Under the pieces are notes generated by a model. The model was not told where the DNA came from. It made no database searches and saw only the letters and a list, made by a program, of their open reading frames with translations. The position numbers and the translations under genes were made by a program. From positions 146,632,001-146,696,000 of the forward strand of contig NC_086097.1 in the NCBI RefSeq assembly GCF_963921235.1: a DNA stretch of 64,000 nt, read 5' to 3'. How positions within the stretch are numbered: the stretch's first letter is position 1; each line of letters begins with the position of its first letter. This DNA is from Mobula hypostoma (Eukaryota). Positions 61,344 to 64,000 of the stretch are shown here, piece by piece.

Positions 61344-62529
61344 CTGTAGAGATTTACCTCACATCCACAACATTTAGAGGAAACCTATTCTAAATTGTTA
61401 CTGTTATGAATGCTTCCTGCTTACCTATATAAATGCCATAGCTCTAATCTTAAAAGCACATTTCCTTATTCTTAAAACTTTTACCAATAATTGTAATTTT
61501 TCAAAATATCAATCAAATCTATCTAGAGCTATCAAATATTTTAATGCCTTAAACACTTCAGGTCTATATTTCTTTATGAAACTGCAGTGATTAGCATATT
61601 AGTCGAGTACCAAGGTACATGAACAATTGATCCAGTGATGTGAATATCAATTCAAACACAATTGCTGGGAAATATAAATGCAATTAAATGGATGTGAACT
61701 AAAATTCTAACTTCAGCAAAGCTGACCCTGAGACTGCTGGATTGTCTTAAAAACTACCTTGGCTTTCAAAATTTGCTAACCTTAATTGGTTTGGTCTACC
61801 AATATGATTGGCCACTAACTGCTTTTTGAAAAGTTCCAGCAAGCCTTACACAAAATAGGGGTGGCCTTTAAGTACTAGTCTTGTATGCAGTGTTAATGTT
61901 CAATGAAATTAGAAATAAAAGCAAAGAATGCAAGATTTTTAAACCTCTATTTATAACTTAATCTCAATATCTTTCCATTCTGTAGTATTTATTCTTTCCT
62001 AAGACACAATGTTTATAGCTTAAGACAATGCATCCCATTGGATCATACCAAGGCCCTATCCAATTTTTTGCAATCTGTCTGTCTTGAGATAATCAACTCG
62101 CCATCAGCCCTTGTATTTTTATTTTCTACTTATTTACTAGTATTTACTGTTTATTTATCTTACCTAAGTTGTCAATACATTAAAGATAACTGAAGAGCTC
62201 AGTTTCCTTTGAAAATTTGCATCCTATTACTGTCAAAAACATGGAAACTACAAAATAAAAGGGCCCAAATGGGGTTGAATTCAATGTTTTACTGAAATGC
62301 TTTAGATATGCCTTTAAAATGCTTTAGATATGCCTTCGCTCCTGAGTGAAGGAAGTATGAGCACTGGTGAACAAATGTCACTGGCCAAATATTAATAAAA
62401 TGGAGCTGAAAGGATCCAGGTACCTTTTACTGCCGTCTCCCAGATTTATTGTAATCGCAGCGCCATATGACCCTCCCAAAGGTTAGGATTTTTTCTTTAT
62501 GAAACCATCTAGAAAGTATATTCCCTCCA

Positions 62530-63430
62530 TAGAATCATAGAATAATACAGCACAGAAACAGACCCTTTGGTTCAAATGGTCTATACCAATGACAGCATCT
62601 TCCCTGCTAGTCCCAATTGCTCAATCAATCCGCGAGCTACCAAAACCCTCCCCTCCATGTACCTATCCAAATATCTCTTAAATTTTGCAATTGTAACCAC
62701 CTTGGTCTCTTCCTCTGCTGCCTAGGTAATCACTACCCTCTGTGTAGAAGTTACCTCTCAGGTCTCTTTTAAATCTCTCCTCTCTTATCCTGTTTCTAAG
62801 CCCTCTAGTTTTGGACTCCCCAAACCTGGGAAAAGCCTAAGACCTTATCCATACCTATTATGACTTTATAAACTCCTCTGAAGTAATCTCTCATTCTCCT
62901 ATGCTCTGAGGAATAAAGATTCAGTGTGGCCATCTCTCCCTATAATTCAGGTCTAGTTCAGGCAACATTCTCATAAAGTCCTCATGAAAAACTCCAGTTT
63001 AATAATGTTGGTCCTATAACAAGCTGACCAAGACTGTATACAACACTCCAAATACTGCCTTACCAATGACATATAACTGCAGCATAATGTCCTTGCTCCT
63101 AAACTCATTGCTCTGACCAGTGAAGTCCTGCATGCTAAATGTCTACTTCCCCATCGTTTCTGCATGTTCAGCCACTTCTAGCAGGCTGTGCACTTGTACT
63201 TCCAGTTTCCTCTGTTCTACAACAATTGTCAGTGCTCTGCCATTCACTGTACAAGTCCTTCTCTGTTTGGATTACCCAAAATATATCACCCTACACCTAC
63301 CTAATTTGAAATCTATTTGCTATTCCTCAACCCATCACCCTTATCTTTGTAATTCATTGTAATCTACTCCATTATCGTCAAAACCCTCTAATTTAACATC
63401 ATAGCGAACTTGCTAATTGAGCCATATACA
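62530..63430 (-). mobile_element. Degraded CR1 3' part
   Basis: Tail catagaatcatagaataatacagcacagaaacag; minus YMSLVRQYLECCIQSWS (62971-63165). Confidence 0.75.
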
Positions 63431-63439
63431 TAATGAATA

Positions 63440-64000
63440 TGTAAGGAGATTTCTTCTTTTTAATGTCACTGCGTAGTCTAATTAAAATGGCTTCTTTGTT
63501 ATGTTAACTGCTGAGAAAGTCCTCCCGCTAGCAGTTTGTTTGGATCACGTTACTGATAAAAAGATGTTATGAGCCAATTGGGATAGTTGTTAACCTTTTG
63601 GTGTGTCTGTAAGATATTGTATGTACGGGGTTTTGGGGCAGAAGGCGGGAGAGAGAGACAGAGGATGGGCCAGGTGCTGTGAGTCCGCTAACGGGGTCGG
63701 ACCCCGAGCAGGGTGTTTGGCGAGGAGAGGAGGCGAAGACGGACTCGTGTGGAGCGTCTGGTCGACCACCGTTGTTGGTCCCAGGCGGCCGGTCGAGGTG
63801 GTCCGAGGGGTCGCAGGGTGAAGAAGAAGGGTCCTGAGCTCCAACTGTTTGTGCATGAAGAGACTGAAATTTGATAAGTGCGGCGCCTTTTATTTTCCTT
63901 TTATATTTTATTCTCTATTAATTATATAGTTCCAGTAATATCTATAAATTGTAAATTATTTAATCGTATCTGGTGTATTGTCTGTTATTTGGGCGGGGTG
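63440..64000 (+). mobile_element. Probable LTR running off the window end
   Basis: Abrupt TGTAAGG start; CpG-rich core (63650-63850) unlike the flanks; AT-rich 3' part. Confidence 0.55.

Noticed and set aside
62296..62336. 20-bp duplication aaatgctttagatatgcctt (also 26-bp x2 at ~46338-46389)
   Set aside because: Ordinary local slippage duplications with no further structure.

Overview
Eukaryotic, AT-rich, repeat-dominated vertebrate DNA. The repeat complement (CR1 with esterase ORF1, Rex1-like, L2, Tx1/L1, Penelope, Gypsy solo LTRs, Tc1, Tigger, hAT) suggests a cartilaginous fish, probably a ray; this is an inference. No host protein-coding gene, rRNA, tRNA or CRISPR array can be supported, so the window looks like a gene desert or large intron with a few TE-free islands that may be conserved enhancers. 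Most notable is a young Penelope-like retroelement family: one copy keeps an uninterrupted GIY-YIG endonuclease frame, and the terminal repeat carries a 38-nt minimal type-I hammerhead ribozyme. Two identical intact hammerheads occur (22311-22348 minus, 49966-50003 plus), plus several CpG-decayed ones and short palindromic, TSD-flanked derivatives. Also present: a twin-primed 5'-inverted L1 with a 12-bp TSD and a nested Tigger element, a full-length IR/DR Tc1 (DD34E), a hAT-like element with a 6-bp TSD and an internal mini-element, a Gypsy provirus remnant with a tRNA-Leu PBS, and several nested insertions. Coordinates of old, degraded repeats are approximate.
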